Translations under genes and position numbers: made by a program | Source: an uncultured virus (IMG/VR IMGVR_UViG_3300017940_000146) | Lineage: Duplodnaviria > Heunggongvirae > Uroviricota > Caudoviricetes | Direction: 5' to 3' (one strand) | Length of the DNA stretch: 20,000 bases | Virus record (IMG/VR): IMGVR_UViG_3300017940_000146 | Notes under the pieces: model-generated | Database searches by the model: none | What the model was told of the DNA's origin: nothing | Seen by the model: the letters and a program-made list of their open reading frames with translations, nothing else | In this document: positions 1 through 8,866 of the stretch, one piece after another | Numbering within the stretch: the first letter of the stretch is position 1 | How the letters are laid out: each line of letters opens with the position of its first letter

Positions 1-2
1 TA

Positions 3-1565
3 ATCCCACAAAAAGAATATCAAGAGAAAAAGGATCAATATGTAGGTGCATATGTTAAACCACCTAATCCGGGAGTTTATGAAAGTGTAGTATCGTTTGA
101 CGTAGCTTCACTGTATCCTAATATTATTCGCGTACTGAATATTGGTCCTGAAGTTAAATTAACCGACCTGAAAATGAATTTAAATTCTGATGATGTGTTG
201 GCGGAAAATGATAAATGGGAAGAGGCTTTTGGTAGAGCGACAAGTAATAATTGTACTAGTGCTTCTAATGGAGTTTTCTATAGTAAGGAGAAACAAAGTT
301 TCTATAGTCGCATGGTTGAAACTATTTTTACTAAACGGAAGAAATATCAAGCGGATCTGAAAGCAGCTAAAAAAGAATTAGAAAGATGTACCGATCCAAA
401 GAGAAAAATAGAATTAGAGAATTTGGTTTCCAAATTAGATGTAAAACAAAAAGCAACTAAAATTTTGCTCAATTCACTTTACGGTGCTTATGGAAATCCT
501 TATTTTCGTTGGTATGATTTGGACAATGCTGAAGCGGTCACAATGACTGGGCAATTCATCATCCAATATATTGCGCGTGAATTGAATCGGTATTTTAATG
601 ACCTATATAAGACTGAAAATTTAGATTTTGTGATTTATTCAGATACAGATTCAGTTTATGTAAGTTTGGATAAATTGATTCAGCATGTGTTTAAAGGAAA
701 GAAACCAGATATTGAGACATTGATTAGTTTCTTGGATAAAGTTTGTAAGACTAAATTAGAACCATTGATTGATCAATTGTTTTCTCAAATTACAAATGAC
801 CTTATCAATGGGATGAAACTTGAAAAGCCGATCTTAAGTATGAAACGGGAAGTATTAGCAGACCGCGGCATTTGGGCATCCAAGAAGCACTACGCTTTAC
901 AAGTATGGAATTCAGAAGGTGATAATTATTTTGAATGTAATGCTTGCCATAATGAGTTTTCTGGTCCTTCTGAAAAAGCACCACCTTGTAATGATTGTAA
1001 AAGTAAAAATACTAAACGAGTTTCTAAATTGAAAATTATGGGATTTGATCTTGTTAAATCAAGTACCCCACAATATTGCCGAGATGCAATGAGAAAAGCT
1101 GTCCAAATTATGATGACAGGAACACAATTTGAAATGGCAGATTTCATAGAAACATTTCGACAAAAGTTTATGAAATTACCAGTTGAAGATATTGCCCGCC
1201 CTCGAGGAGTGAATAATTTAAAAAAATGGGAAGATGAAGCAGACACTTATAAAAAAGGAACAGATATTGGAGTTAAAGCCGTTTTAATTTATAATAAATG
1301 TTTAGAGGATAAAAAGTTGCAGAAAAAATATCCTCCAATTACATCATCTGAAAGAATCAAGTATGTATATTTGAAACAACCTAATCCAATTGATGATCAA
1401 GTAATTGCTTTTAATGGTAAATTACCACCAGAATTTGGATTGCATAAGTATGTTGATTATGAAAAAATGTATGAAAAGACTTTTATAAATCCAATTGAGA
1501 AAATTTTAGACCCAATTGGGTGGAGTACAGAAAAAATAGAAGATATGGATAAATTTTTCGTATGA
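3..1565 (+). CDS. 43: Family B DNA polymerase (T4 gp43-like), 5'-truncated by the window edge
   Basis: The frame is open from nt 3 (IPQKEYQEKKDQYVGAYVKPP...SFDVASLYPNII, motif A). It contains KILLNSLYG (motif B), YSDTDS (motif C), KKHYAL and KLKIMG. The ORF-track start at 174 is internal. Confidence 0.97.
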   Translation: MPQKEYQEKKDQYVGAYVKPPNPGVYESVVSFDVASLYPNIIRVLNIGPEVKLTDLKMNLNSDDVLAENDKWEEAFGRATSNNCTSASNGVFYSKEKQSFYSRMVETIFTKRKKYQADLKAAKKELERCTDPKRKIELENLVSKLDVKQKATKILLNSLYGAYGNPYFRWYDLDNAEAVTMTGQFIIQYIARELNRYFNDLYKTENLDFVIYSDTDSVYVSLDKLIQHVFKGKKPDIETLISFLDKVCKTKLEPLIDQLFSQITNDLINGMKLEKPILSMKREVLADRGIWASKKHYALQVWNSEGDNYFECNACHNEFSGPSEKAPPCNDCKSKNTKRVSKLKIMGFDLVKSSTPQYCRDAMRKAVQIMMTGTQFEMADFIETFRQKFMKLPVEDIARPRGVNNLKKWEDEADTYKKGTDIGVKAVLIYNKCLEDKKLQKKYPPITSSERIKYVYLKQPNPIDDQVIAFNGKLPPEFGLHKYVDYEKMYEKTFINPIEKILDPIGWSTEKIEDMDKFFV

Positions 1566-2038
1566 ATACAGAAGAAATGATAGAAGAAAATAATGAATAT
1601 CCGAAATATAAAACATTAGAAGGTGATAATAAATCTCATACAGTAATGGGTACTATGACTAGAGGACTTTCATTGGTTAGAGAATTTGAAACTGGAGCAA
1701 CCAGAGATTTAGATATATCAAAGATTGATTATGAAGCTTGTTTATCTCCAATTGTATTAGAAGCATTTGGAGAATATATGTTAAGTTGTAGTGTACAAGC
1801 GGATGGATCCAAAAGACCTGGAGATAATTGGCAGTTAGGTATAACTTTTAATTCATATATTAAATCTTTGTTACGACATGTTTGGGATTTATGGAAATTA
1901 CATAGAGGATATCCTACAATTGATAAAAAAACTGGTAAACCAGTAAATAAAGAAACTGCATTATGTGCTATTATATTTAATGCACAAGGATATTTGCATG
2001 AGTTATTGAAGGAAAAATTAAAAAATGGCGTATGTTGA
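1562..2038 (+). CDS. Putative dATP/dGTP diphosphohydrolase domain protein (DUF5664-like)
   Basis: FETGATRD...KIDY...LSP...DNWQLG...YIKSLLRH...CAIIFNA pattern resembles the phage DUF5664 family. ATGA overlap with the polymerase stop. Confidence 0.7.
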   Translation: MNTEEMIEENNEYPKYKTLEGDNKSHTVMGTMTRGLSLVREFETGATRDLDISKIDYEACLSPIVLEAFGEYMLSCSVQADGSKRPGDNWQLGITFNSYIKSLLRHVWDLWKLHRGYPTIDKKTGKPVNKETALCAIIFNAQGYLHELLKEKLKNGVC

Positions 2039-2555
2039 ATATTCCTGCAGAAAATTTGGATATTTAATTGTTAAAGAATTTTGTTATTATAAACCATATA
2101 ATGATAAAGTTTGTTCTTGGTGGAAATGTTTTTGTAATGGTTGTCAGAAAGAAATAATTTTACCACTGGTTTTGTTTAGAAGAAAGAGAAAAACTATTTC
2201 TTGTGGATGTAAAAATATTGAAAATTATAGAAAAGCACATTTAAAACATGGATATTTTTCAAGATATAACCATAGAGAAATACCAACACAAAGAAATAAT
2301 ATAACATATGGTTCATATATTAATATGTTGAAAAGATGCTATGAACCAAATGCCAAAGGTTATAAAAATTATGGTGGAAGAGGTATTTCTGTTTGTAGTA
2401 GATGGAGAAAATCTTTTGAAAATTTTATTAAAGATGTTGGTAAAAGACCTGGACCTGAATATTCAATTGATCGTATAGATAATGATGGTAATTATAAACC
2501 AGGAAATGTTAAATGGTCTACAAGAAGTGAACAAAATAAGAATCGTAGGAAGTAA
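2025..2555 (+). CDS. HNH homing endonuclease
   Basis: N-terminal W-x-C-x-C...SCGC, then YKNYGGRGISVCSRW...SIDRIDNDGNYKPGNVKWSTRSEQNKNRR, typical of free-standing phage HNH endonucleases. Confidence 0.9.
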   Translation: MAYVEYSCRKFGYLIVKEFCYYKPYNDKVCSWWKCFCNGCQKEIILPLVLFRRKRKTISCGCKNIENYRKAHLKHGYFSRYNHREIPTQRNNITYGSYINMLKRCYEPNAKGYKNYGGRGISVCSRWRKSFENFIKDVGKRPGPEYSIDRIDNDGNYKPGNVKWSTRSEQNKNRRK

Positions 2556-3257
2556 ATGGAACAAATTAAAGAATTAACTGGTCAAGAAATTTATGATCGT
2601 GAAGTGTCGGATAGTAAAGCAAGTAATCGCCAAGGTAATTATGAAAAAGGATCTTGGATAGGTACTTATAGAGGACATAAAATTTTCCCAATTAATCCAG
2701 ATCCTAATGAAATTGATATTCAAGATATTGCCCATGCATTGGGAAATAACTGCCGATATACTGGTCATGTGAATCAATTTTATTCCGTGGCACAACATTG
2801 TGTAATAGTAAGCGAATTAGTTCAACCAGAAAATGCTTTAGCTGGATTGCTCCATGATGCTTCAGAAGCATATTTAAGTGATATTGCCCGACCTGTTAAA
2901 TATAGTAAAGCACTTGAAGGTTATCGTGAAGTCGAAGCTAAATTAGAACGAGTAATCAATGAGAAATTTGGGTTACCATATCCAATGGTACAAGATGTTA
3001 AATGGGCAGATGATATGGCCTTGATGGCTGAAGGATATTATCTATTTAAACCTATTCCAGATTGGGTAACGGAAAGATTGTCACAAGAGGGATTAGATAA
3101 ACCTATGATTCCAAGATTTTTTTGTTGGCCTCCTGTAACTGCCAAAGCGATGTATATTAAACGGTTTTTAGAATCAAATGGTGTGAAACTATCAATAGCC
3201 ACTGATGAAGATTTCTTACAAATGGAGAGAATGAATGGCGCGTCCAAAGAAAATTAA
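2556..3257 (+). CDS. HD-domain phosphohydrolase (YfbR/YfdR-like 5'-deoxynucleotidase)
   Basis: DIAHAL...CRYTGH...YSVAQH...LLHDASEAYLSDIARPVK...KWAD motifs. Confidence 0.88.
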   Translation: MEQIKELTGQEIYDREVSDSKASNRQGNYEKGSWIGTYRGHKIFPINPDPNEIDIQDIAHALGNNCRYTGHVNQFYSVAQHCVIVSELVQPENALAGLLHDASEAYLSDIARPVKYSKALEGYREVEAKLERVINEKFGLPYPMVQDVKWADDMALMAEGYYLFKPIPDWVTERLSQEGLDKPMIPRFFCWPPVTAKAMYIKRFLESNGVKLSIATDEDFLQMERMNGASKEN

Positions 3258-4479
3258 AGCAGCAAACAAAATTCAACGGGTAAAGAAACCAAGAGCACCT
3301 AAACCTGTAAGAGAAAAGAAGGTACGGGAAAAGAAAGTAAAGCAAACGGCCAATATCGCCTTTTTTGAAAAGATAGCCAAAGCAACAGGAAATGACCTTG
3401 CTCAAGCGGCTTCAAATGGAATTATATCAGGCGATGTAACGGGTTGGATTGATACGGGTGTATATCTATTGAACGCTCAATGGAGTGGTTCATTATTTGG
3501 TGGAGCACCTAACAACAAGATTGTTGTTTTCGCAGGACCATCTGCTACAGGTAAGACCTATTTCATTTTAGCATTGGTTAAACATTTCTTGGATACGCAC
3601 CCGGGATCGGGGATCATGTTCTTTGAAACTGAAGGTGCGATTACAAAAGATATGATGGTGTCAAGAGGAATTGATGTATCTCGTGTATATGTGATTCCTA
3701 TCGAAACGGTTCAAGAATTCCGGACTCAATCACTTAAGATGTTGCGCGTAGTGAAAGAAACAAAACCTTCAGAGCGGCAAGAATTGATGTTTGTATGCGA
3801 CTCTTTGGGAAATCTTTCTACACAGAAAGAAATGGAAGATGCTGAATCGGGTAGTGAGAAACAAGATATGACCAGAACCCGGTTGATTAAATCAGCATTC
3901 AGAACTATTACATTGAAAATGGGTTTATTAAATATTCCATTCTTTATTACGAATCATGTATATAAGACTCAAGATCTATTTTCTCACACAGTCCAATCGG
4001 GTGGCAGTGGGCCACAATATGCCAATTCGCTTTCAGTATTCTTGAGTAAGAGTAAAGATAAAGAAGGAACTGAAGTAGTTGGAGTTATTTTACACTGTAA
4101 GTTAGAAAAGGGCCGCTTGACGAAAGAGAATACATTGATTGATGTATCTCTGGATTATGCGGGCGGATTAGATAAGTATTATGGATTACTGGAACTTGGA
4201 TTGAAGTATGAACTATTCAAGAGAGTAAAAGAGAAGAAAGAGAAAACAGCAACAGAAGGATTTGCGAAACTGAAAGAAGGTAAAGAGAAAGCAAAGAAGG
4301 GTGGTAAAATTAGAATTGGTGATAAGGTAGCAACTGAAAAACAGATCGAAGCAAACCCAGAGGTATATTTTACCGATGAAGTGCTGAAGGCGCTTGATGT
4401 ATTTGCCGGTAAAGAATTCAATTATGGTATGACGGTTGAAATGCCGGAGGAAGTAGCGAGTGAGGTTGAGGAAGATTAA
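3235..4479 (+). CDS. uvsX: RecA-like recombinase UvsX
   Basis: Walker A GPSATGKT, FFETEGA, DSLGNL, DMTR, TNHVY, SGGSG. Position between gp43 and gp41 matches T4. GGAG upstream. Confidence 0.95.
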   Translation: MARPKKIKAANKIQRVKKPRAPKPVREKKVREKKVKQTANIAFFEKIAKATGNDLAQAASNGIISGDVTGWIDTGVYLLNAQWSGSLFGGAPNNKIVVFAGPSATGKTYFILALVKHFLDTHPGSGIMFFETEGAITKDMMVSRGIDVSRVYVIPIETVQEFRTQSLKMLRVVKETKPSERQELMFVCDSLGNLSTQKEMEDAESGSEKQDMTRTRLIKSAFRTITLKMGLLNIPFFITNHVYKTQDLFSHTVQSGGSGPQYANSLSVFLSKSKDKEGTEVVGVILHCKLEKGRLTKENTLIDVSLDYAGGLDKYYGLLELGLKYELFKRVKEKKEKTATEGFAKLKEGKEKAKKGGKIRIGDKVATEKQIEANPEVYFTDEVLKALDVFAGKEFNYGMTVEMPEEVASEVEED

Positions 4480-4499
4480 GAATTGTTTGACTTTTTGAA

Positions 4500-4529
4500 T
4501 TGAAATGAAAGGTGGTTTAAGTATATAAT
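4500..4529 (+). promoter_or_regulatory. sigma70-like promoter
   Basis: TTGAAA (4500-4505), 18-nt spacer, TATAAT (4524-4529), in the intergenic gap after uvsX. Confidence 0.55.
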
Positions 4530-4554
4530 GGATTGATGTGACGAAAAATATTTT

Positions 4555-5091
4555 ATGACTATAGATGATTTTGTTAATGGATTATTTGATTTAAAATATG
4601 ATAAACATCCTGGAGTAGCAACAAAGAAATATTTAATAAAATGTGATGCTGACTTTATAGAACAACCAAAAGGTAGTCAAAATTTTCCAGATTTTGATCC
4701 TGTTGAAAATATTTTTAAAGAAGGAAAATGCTGTTTTCGGATAGAAGAAAAATCAAATAAAAAACATGGGATCCATGTAAAACCAATGTATAACGGTCAT
4801 TTTGTAAAAAAAGAAGATGACGCATTATATACTTATATAACTCCAGATTTTTCTGTTGCTTTTTTGGGAGAACATATTAGTAAAATTGATGATTATATTA
4901 TTTGGTTGGAATATATAAAGAAATCTAAAAAACTTGTTAATGAATTTATTCCAAAATTTGGAGGTTTATTAGTACCTTATTTTCGAGCGACAGTGACACA
5001 TAAAAAGGGAATTGAATTTTGTTATGGAGAGTTGAACAATGAGGTTATTAAAAAAGATTTGCATAAATATTTGTATGGGCACATTATATAA
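4555..5091 (+). CDS. Hypothetical protein
   Basis: 178-aa ORF filling the gap after the promoter; no recognisable motif. Confidence 0.7.
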   Translation: MTIDDFVNGLFDLKYDKHPGVATKKYLIKCDADFIEQPKGSQNFPDFDPVENIFKEGKCCFRIEEKSNKKHGIHVKPMYNGHFVKKEDDALYTYITPDFSVAFLGEHISKIDDYIIWLEYIKKSKKLVNEFIPKFGGLLVPYFRATVTHKKGIEFCYGELNNEVIKKDLHKYLYGHII

Positions 5092-5821
5092 CGAAGATTG
5101 TTTTAAAAGTTTTACCAAAATAGAAAAACATTCTGTGGATTTGGTTTTGATTGATCTTCCATATGGTACAACTGCATGTCCTTGGGATTCTATTTTACCT
5201 TTGGATAAATTGTGGAAAGAATTGAAATTAGTAGCCAAGTCAAATGCGGCATATGTTTTTACAGCACAACAACCTTTTACAACTACGCTTATCAATAGTA
5301 ATTTGAAATGGTTTAAATATTGTTTAGTTTGGCAAAAACCTAATGGTACAAGTCCATATCAAGCCAAATATATGCCAATGAAGTGCCACGAAGATGTTGT
5401 GGTATTTTATGATAAACAACCGACATATAATCCTCAAATGAGAGAAGGAAAACCATATAAATGGAATAGTAAGCGTTCTGGTGGGGAAGCGGGATCAATA
5501 AAACAAACTAAAGAAACTCCTATTGATAATGAAGGAACCAGATATCCCATATCAGTTTTAGAATTTTCACAAGATCGTGGATTACACCCAACTCAAAAAC
5601 CCGTGGCCTTAATGGAATATTTAATTAACACATATTCAAATCCTGGTGATATGGTATTAGATTGTTGTATGGGATCTGGTACTACTGGCGTCGCGTGTGT
5701 GAATACCAATAGAAAATTTACAGGTATAGAGAAGGATAAGAAAATTTATATTGGTGCCGATAAACGCATAAAACAAGCCATTAAGGATAAACCTATAGAT
5801 ATAGACAAATTCTTCAAGTAG
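5075..5821 (+). CDS. DNA N6-adenine/N4-cytosine methyltransferase (beta class)
   Basis: Motif IV DLPY precedes HPTQKPVAL and motif I DCCMGSGTTG. The ATG at 5075 (MGTLYNEDCF) is preferred over 5039 because it matches the usual N-terminus. Confidence 0.93.
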   Translation: MGTLYNEDCFKSFTKIEKHSVDLVLIDLPYGTTACPWDSILPLDKLWKELKLVAKSNAAYVFTAQQPFTTTLINSNLKWFKYCLVWQKPNGTSPYQAKYMPMKCHEDVVVFYDKQPTYNPQMREGKPYKWNSKRSGGEAGSIKQTKETPIDNEGTRYPISVLEFSQDRGLHPTQKPVALMEYLINTYSNPGDMVLDCCMGSGTTGVACVNTNRKFTGIEKDKKIYIGADKRIKQAIKDKPIDIDKFFK

Positions 5822-5822
5822 G

Positions 5823-5852
5823 TTGCTATCCACGCGCCCTTTGTGTTATAAT
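5823..5852 (+). promoter_or_regulatory. sigma70-like promoter with extended -10
   Basis: TTGCTA (5823-5828), 18-nt spacer, TGtTATAAT (-10 at 5847-5852); ATG 6 nt downstream. Confidence 0.6.
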
Positions 5853-5858
5853 GGTGTT

Positions 5859-6146
5859 ATGAGAAAAGAATTGAAGAAGTTTAAACTTGAGAAAGCCTTC
5901 CATGAATGCGGAGTATCTAAACTAAAACCATTTAATGGTGCTGGTGTAGATTTCTATTATGAGCCATTTGAACAAGTGGAACAAAATATGCGCAGAGAAG
6001 ATATGATGAAGAAATTAACTTCTCCACAACAAAATTTTGTAAAATCTTTAATGGGAGGTGTTTCTATAAAAGAATTGGGTTTGGATAAAGATAAATTAGG
6101 ATTTATGGTGAAACAAATTCAAAACGAATTACATACAACGGAGTAA
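5859..6146 (+). CDS. Hypothetical protein
   Basis: ORF MRKELKKFKLEK...; start moved to ATG 5859 because the TTG at 5823 coincides with the -35 box. Confidence 0.65.
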   Translation: MRKELKKFKLEKAFHECGVSKLKPFNGAGVDFYYEPFEQVEQNMRREDMMKKLTSPQQNFVKSLMGGVSIKELGLDKDKLGFMVKQIQNELHTTE

Positions 6147-6148
6147 AT

Positions 6149-6457
6149 ATGAAAAAGAAACCAGTAAAAGAAAATTGGAAGTTAGTGGGCCATATTGGTG
6201 TAGATTCAGGAATGTGTTGGATAGGTGATCCATGTTATATTGGTGATGGATTACCAGAATTGGATGTTAGTAATGAAAAAGGCCCATATATGAAAAGTTT
6301 CAACTATGAAGCGGGCCATGAAGGATTAGGAGTTTGTGTTTCTACAGGATATGGTGATGGATTTTATCCGGTTCATGCTTTACTTGAAAAAGATGTTTCA
6401 GGTAAAGGAAATAGAATTGCTATGATTGTAATTGATTTTCATTTAAATGCTGAATAA
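6149..6457 (+). CDS. DUF4241-like protein
   Basis: GHIGVDSGMCWIGDPCY...VSTGYGDGFYPV pattern. Confidence 0.6.
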   Translation: MKKKPVKENWKLVGHIGVDSGMCWIGDPCYIGDGLPELDVSNEKGPYMKSFNYEAGHEGLGVCVSTGYGDGFYPVHALLEKDVSGKGNRIAMIVIDFHLNAE

Positions 6458-6504
6458 ATTGTGAAAGGTGCCTATATAATGTCTAATGTGACCTATGATA
6501 TGAC

Positions 6505-7092
6505 ATGGTGGAAAATTATATTGAGAAGGGTGTAAATTGGCAGATGTATGTGAATAACAATTATACATTAGATCCATTGATCTATAATACCAATAAAGGT
6601 CATTTCCTGAAAGCAGATGAATTAGAACATAGTATTGCTGATTTTAGTAACGGAAAGATCCAGTTTAAAGATGAACAAGGACGAGATCTTTATGTTCCTA
6701 AATTTGATTTATATGTTGAAGTGAAATACAGTTCTCATGCTTTATATGGTAAGACTGGTTGGAGAGAATGTATTAAGGGAATCCAGTTAATGAAGTTCCG
6801 TGGGAATAATCATTACAATGTTTTGCCTGAAGACTATTCCCAATTTATTATGGTACTTGAGGAACAGTGTGGTATTCTGGTAAATAAAGATGCTGCTAAA
6901 AAATATATTGTAGATGCTGACGATGGTTTATATCTCAAAAAGTTTCCTATTGAGAAGTCCTATAAATTATTCGGCCCGTTGGCTCCATCAATATCAGAAC
7001 ACCAAAAAGATAAAATAATCCAAGAAAACCGCCACGATATGGAGAAATGCCGTATTAATTGGCGTGCAAGACTTGCGAGGTGTAGTAAATGA
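6505..7092 (+). CDS. Hypothetical protein, possible PD-(D/E)xK nuclease
   Basis: E...GRDL...YVEVK spacing is consistent with a restriction-endonuclease-like active site. Confidence 0.5.
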   Translation: MVENYIEKGVNWQMYVNNNYTLDPLIYNTNKGHFLKADELEHSIADFSNGKIQFKDEQGRDLYVPKFDLYVEVKYSSHALYGKTGWRECIKGIQLMKFRGNNHYNVLPEDYSQFIMVLEEQCGILVNKDAAKKYIVDADDGLYLKKFPIEKSYKLFGPLAPSISEHQKDKIIQENRHDMEKCRINWRARLARCSK

Positions 7093-7415
7093 AAAGAATA
7101 TTACCAGAAGGATATTATACCAATAATGAATCAAATCCTTATCTCGTAACATTAAATATGGGGCCTTATAAAGGACTTAAAATCCAGGTCGCAGAGAAAA
7201 TTAAAATTATACCTGTAAAAGAAATGGATTATAGACCAGGACAACCACAGTTTTGTTATGATTATAGAATTCTACATTATGCAGGGCATAATCCTAGAGA
7301 ATGTGAAAAATCGAAAGCACTTTCTCGGATAGTAGCAGCTATAGCACTTGAATTGGTTTGCGAACAAGAAGAAGGTTGGAAATTAACTCCTCAGGAGAAC
7401 AATGTCAGACACTAG
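7089..7415 (+). CDS. Small protein, possibly gp40-like head vertex assembly chaperone
   Basis: Size and position immediately before gp41, as in T4 uvsX-40-41; LNMGPYKG...FCYDYRI pattern. Confidence 0.45.
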   Translation: MKRILPEGYYTNNESNPYLVTLNMGPYKGLKIQVAEKIKIIPVKEMDYRPGQPQFCYDYRILHYAGHNPRECEKSKALSRIVAAIALELVCEQEEGWKLTPQENNVRH

Positions 7416-8856
7416 AATAGAAACAATTATCCTCCGCCAACTATTTCATAATGAGGAATATACTCGTAAAATTATTCCTTATTTAAAAGAGGAATATTTT
7501 AAACAGACTCACGAGAAATTAATTTTTACTCATACCGTAAATTATATTGCCGAATACAATAAACTTCCAACAATTTCAGTTATTGCTGTATCGATTGAAA
7601 AGGAAAATGTAGTTGAAGAAACATATAAAGAAGTATTGGAAACTTTAACAGAATTGGAAGATGATAGTGAAAAATTTGAATTAGATTGGTTAATAGATGA
7701 GACCGAGAAATTCTGTAAAGATAAGGCACTTGTTTGCGCTGCTTATAGATCTGTTGCGATTTTGGAAGGGAAAGATAAAAAACTAGATTCAGGTGCGATT
7801 CCACATATTTTTGAAAACGCTTTAGCAGTTTCATTTGATCCTTCCATTGGTCATGATTATTTTAATGATGCAGAATTCCGATATGATACATTACATGCGG
7901 ATGAATATAAATTACCTTTTGATGTTTCATATTGTAATAAGGTAACAAAAGGTGGAGTACCTTCCAAAACTCTCAATCTTTTGGTTGGTGGAATTTATGT
8001 TGGTAAAACATTAGGTCTTTGTCATCTTGCAAAATCCTATATGTGCGCGGGAAAGAATGTTCTTTATATTACTTTAGAAGTTTCAGAAGTAAATATCAAT
8101 TTGAGAATTGATTGTAATTTATTGGATACTTCAATTGATACTATTGAAGATCTTCCGAAGGAAATTTTCTTAAAGAAGATACAAAAGGCACGTGAAAGTA
8201 CTCCAGGTAAATTAGAAACTAAAGAATATCCAGCAGGTTCAATCCATGTAAATAATATTCGAGCATTATTAGGAGAATTGAAATTAAAAAAACAATTTAT
8301 TCCAGATGTTATTATCATTGATTCAATGAACTTGATGGCATCTTGCCGTATTAAAGCAAGCGATAAAACACACATTACAATTTTGGCAATTGCTGAAGAA
8401 GTAAGGGCATTAGCCCAAGAATATAATGTTCCTATTTGGAGCGCAACGCAACTTGATGCCGCTGGAATTGAATCTACAGATCCTACAATTACTCAAGTAG
8501 CTGGTAGTAAAGTTGGTTTATTAGCAACTGTTGATCTTGCATGGTTTTTAATTTGTACCGATAAATTGCGTGAATTAGGACAAATGAAGATTATTCAGCA
8601 CAAGAATAGATATAAAGATGCAAGTGAAAACAAAAGATTTTTTATTGGATTAGATCGTAAGAAATTCCGTTGGTATGATGTAGAACAACGTGGCCAAACA
8701 AGAGAAGATGATCCCCCTGAACAAGATGAACAACAAATGAAGCGTGATGTATCCAAGAGACATGGAAGCCAACCATATGAACCTGGTTATAAAAATCTAC
8801 AAACCAGGAAATTTGGGTTGCGTGGAAAGAAAACATTCTCCGATTTTAAAGTCTAA
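7402..8856 (+). CDS. 41: DnaB-like replicative helicase (T4 gp41-like)
   Basis: ETEKFCKDKA, SFDPSIGHDY, Walker A GGIYVGKT, YITLE, KEYP, IAEEVRALA, SATQ, KNRY, C-terminal FSDFKV. AGGAG RBS. Confidence 0.96.
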   Translation: MSDTRIETIILRQLFHNEEYTRKIIPYLKEEYFKQTHEKLIFTHTVNYIAEYNKLPTISVIAVSIEKENVVEETYKEVLETLTELEDDSEKFELDWLIDETEKFCKDKALVCAAYRSVAILEGKDKKLDSGAIPHIFENALAVSFDPSIGHDYFNDAEFRYDTLHADEYKLPFDVSYCNKVTKGGVPSKTLNLLVGGIYVGKTLGLCHLAKSYMCAGKNVLYITLEVSEVNINLRIDCNLLDTSIDTIEDLPKEIFLKKIQKARESTPGKLETKEYPAGSIHVNNIRALLGELKLKKQFIPDVIIIDSMNLMASCRIKASDKTHITILAIAEEVRALAQEYNVPIWSATQLDAAGIESTDPTITQVAGSKVGLLATVDLAWFLICTDKLRELGQMKIIQHKNRYKDASENKRFFIGLDRKKFRWYDVEQRGQTREDDPPEQDEQQMKRDVSKRHGSQPYEPGYKNLQTRKFGLRGKKTFSDFKV

Positions 8857-8859
8857 ATA
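8853..8859 (+). promoter_or_regulatory. T4-type late promoter (CTAAATA)
   Basis: TAAATA core overlapping the gp41 stop, 7 nt before the next ATG. Confidence 0.5.
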
Positions 8860-8866
8860 TTAAAGA

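Noticed and set aside
921..1026. Intein or intron in the polymerase
   Set aside because: The insert is about 30 aa, in frame, and lacks intein terminal motifs.
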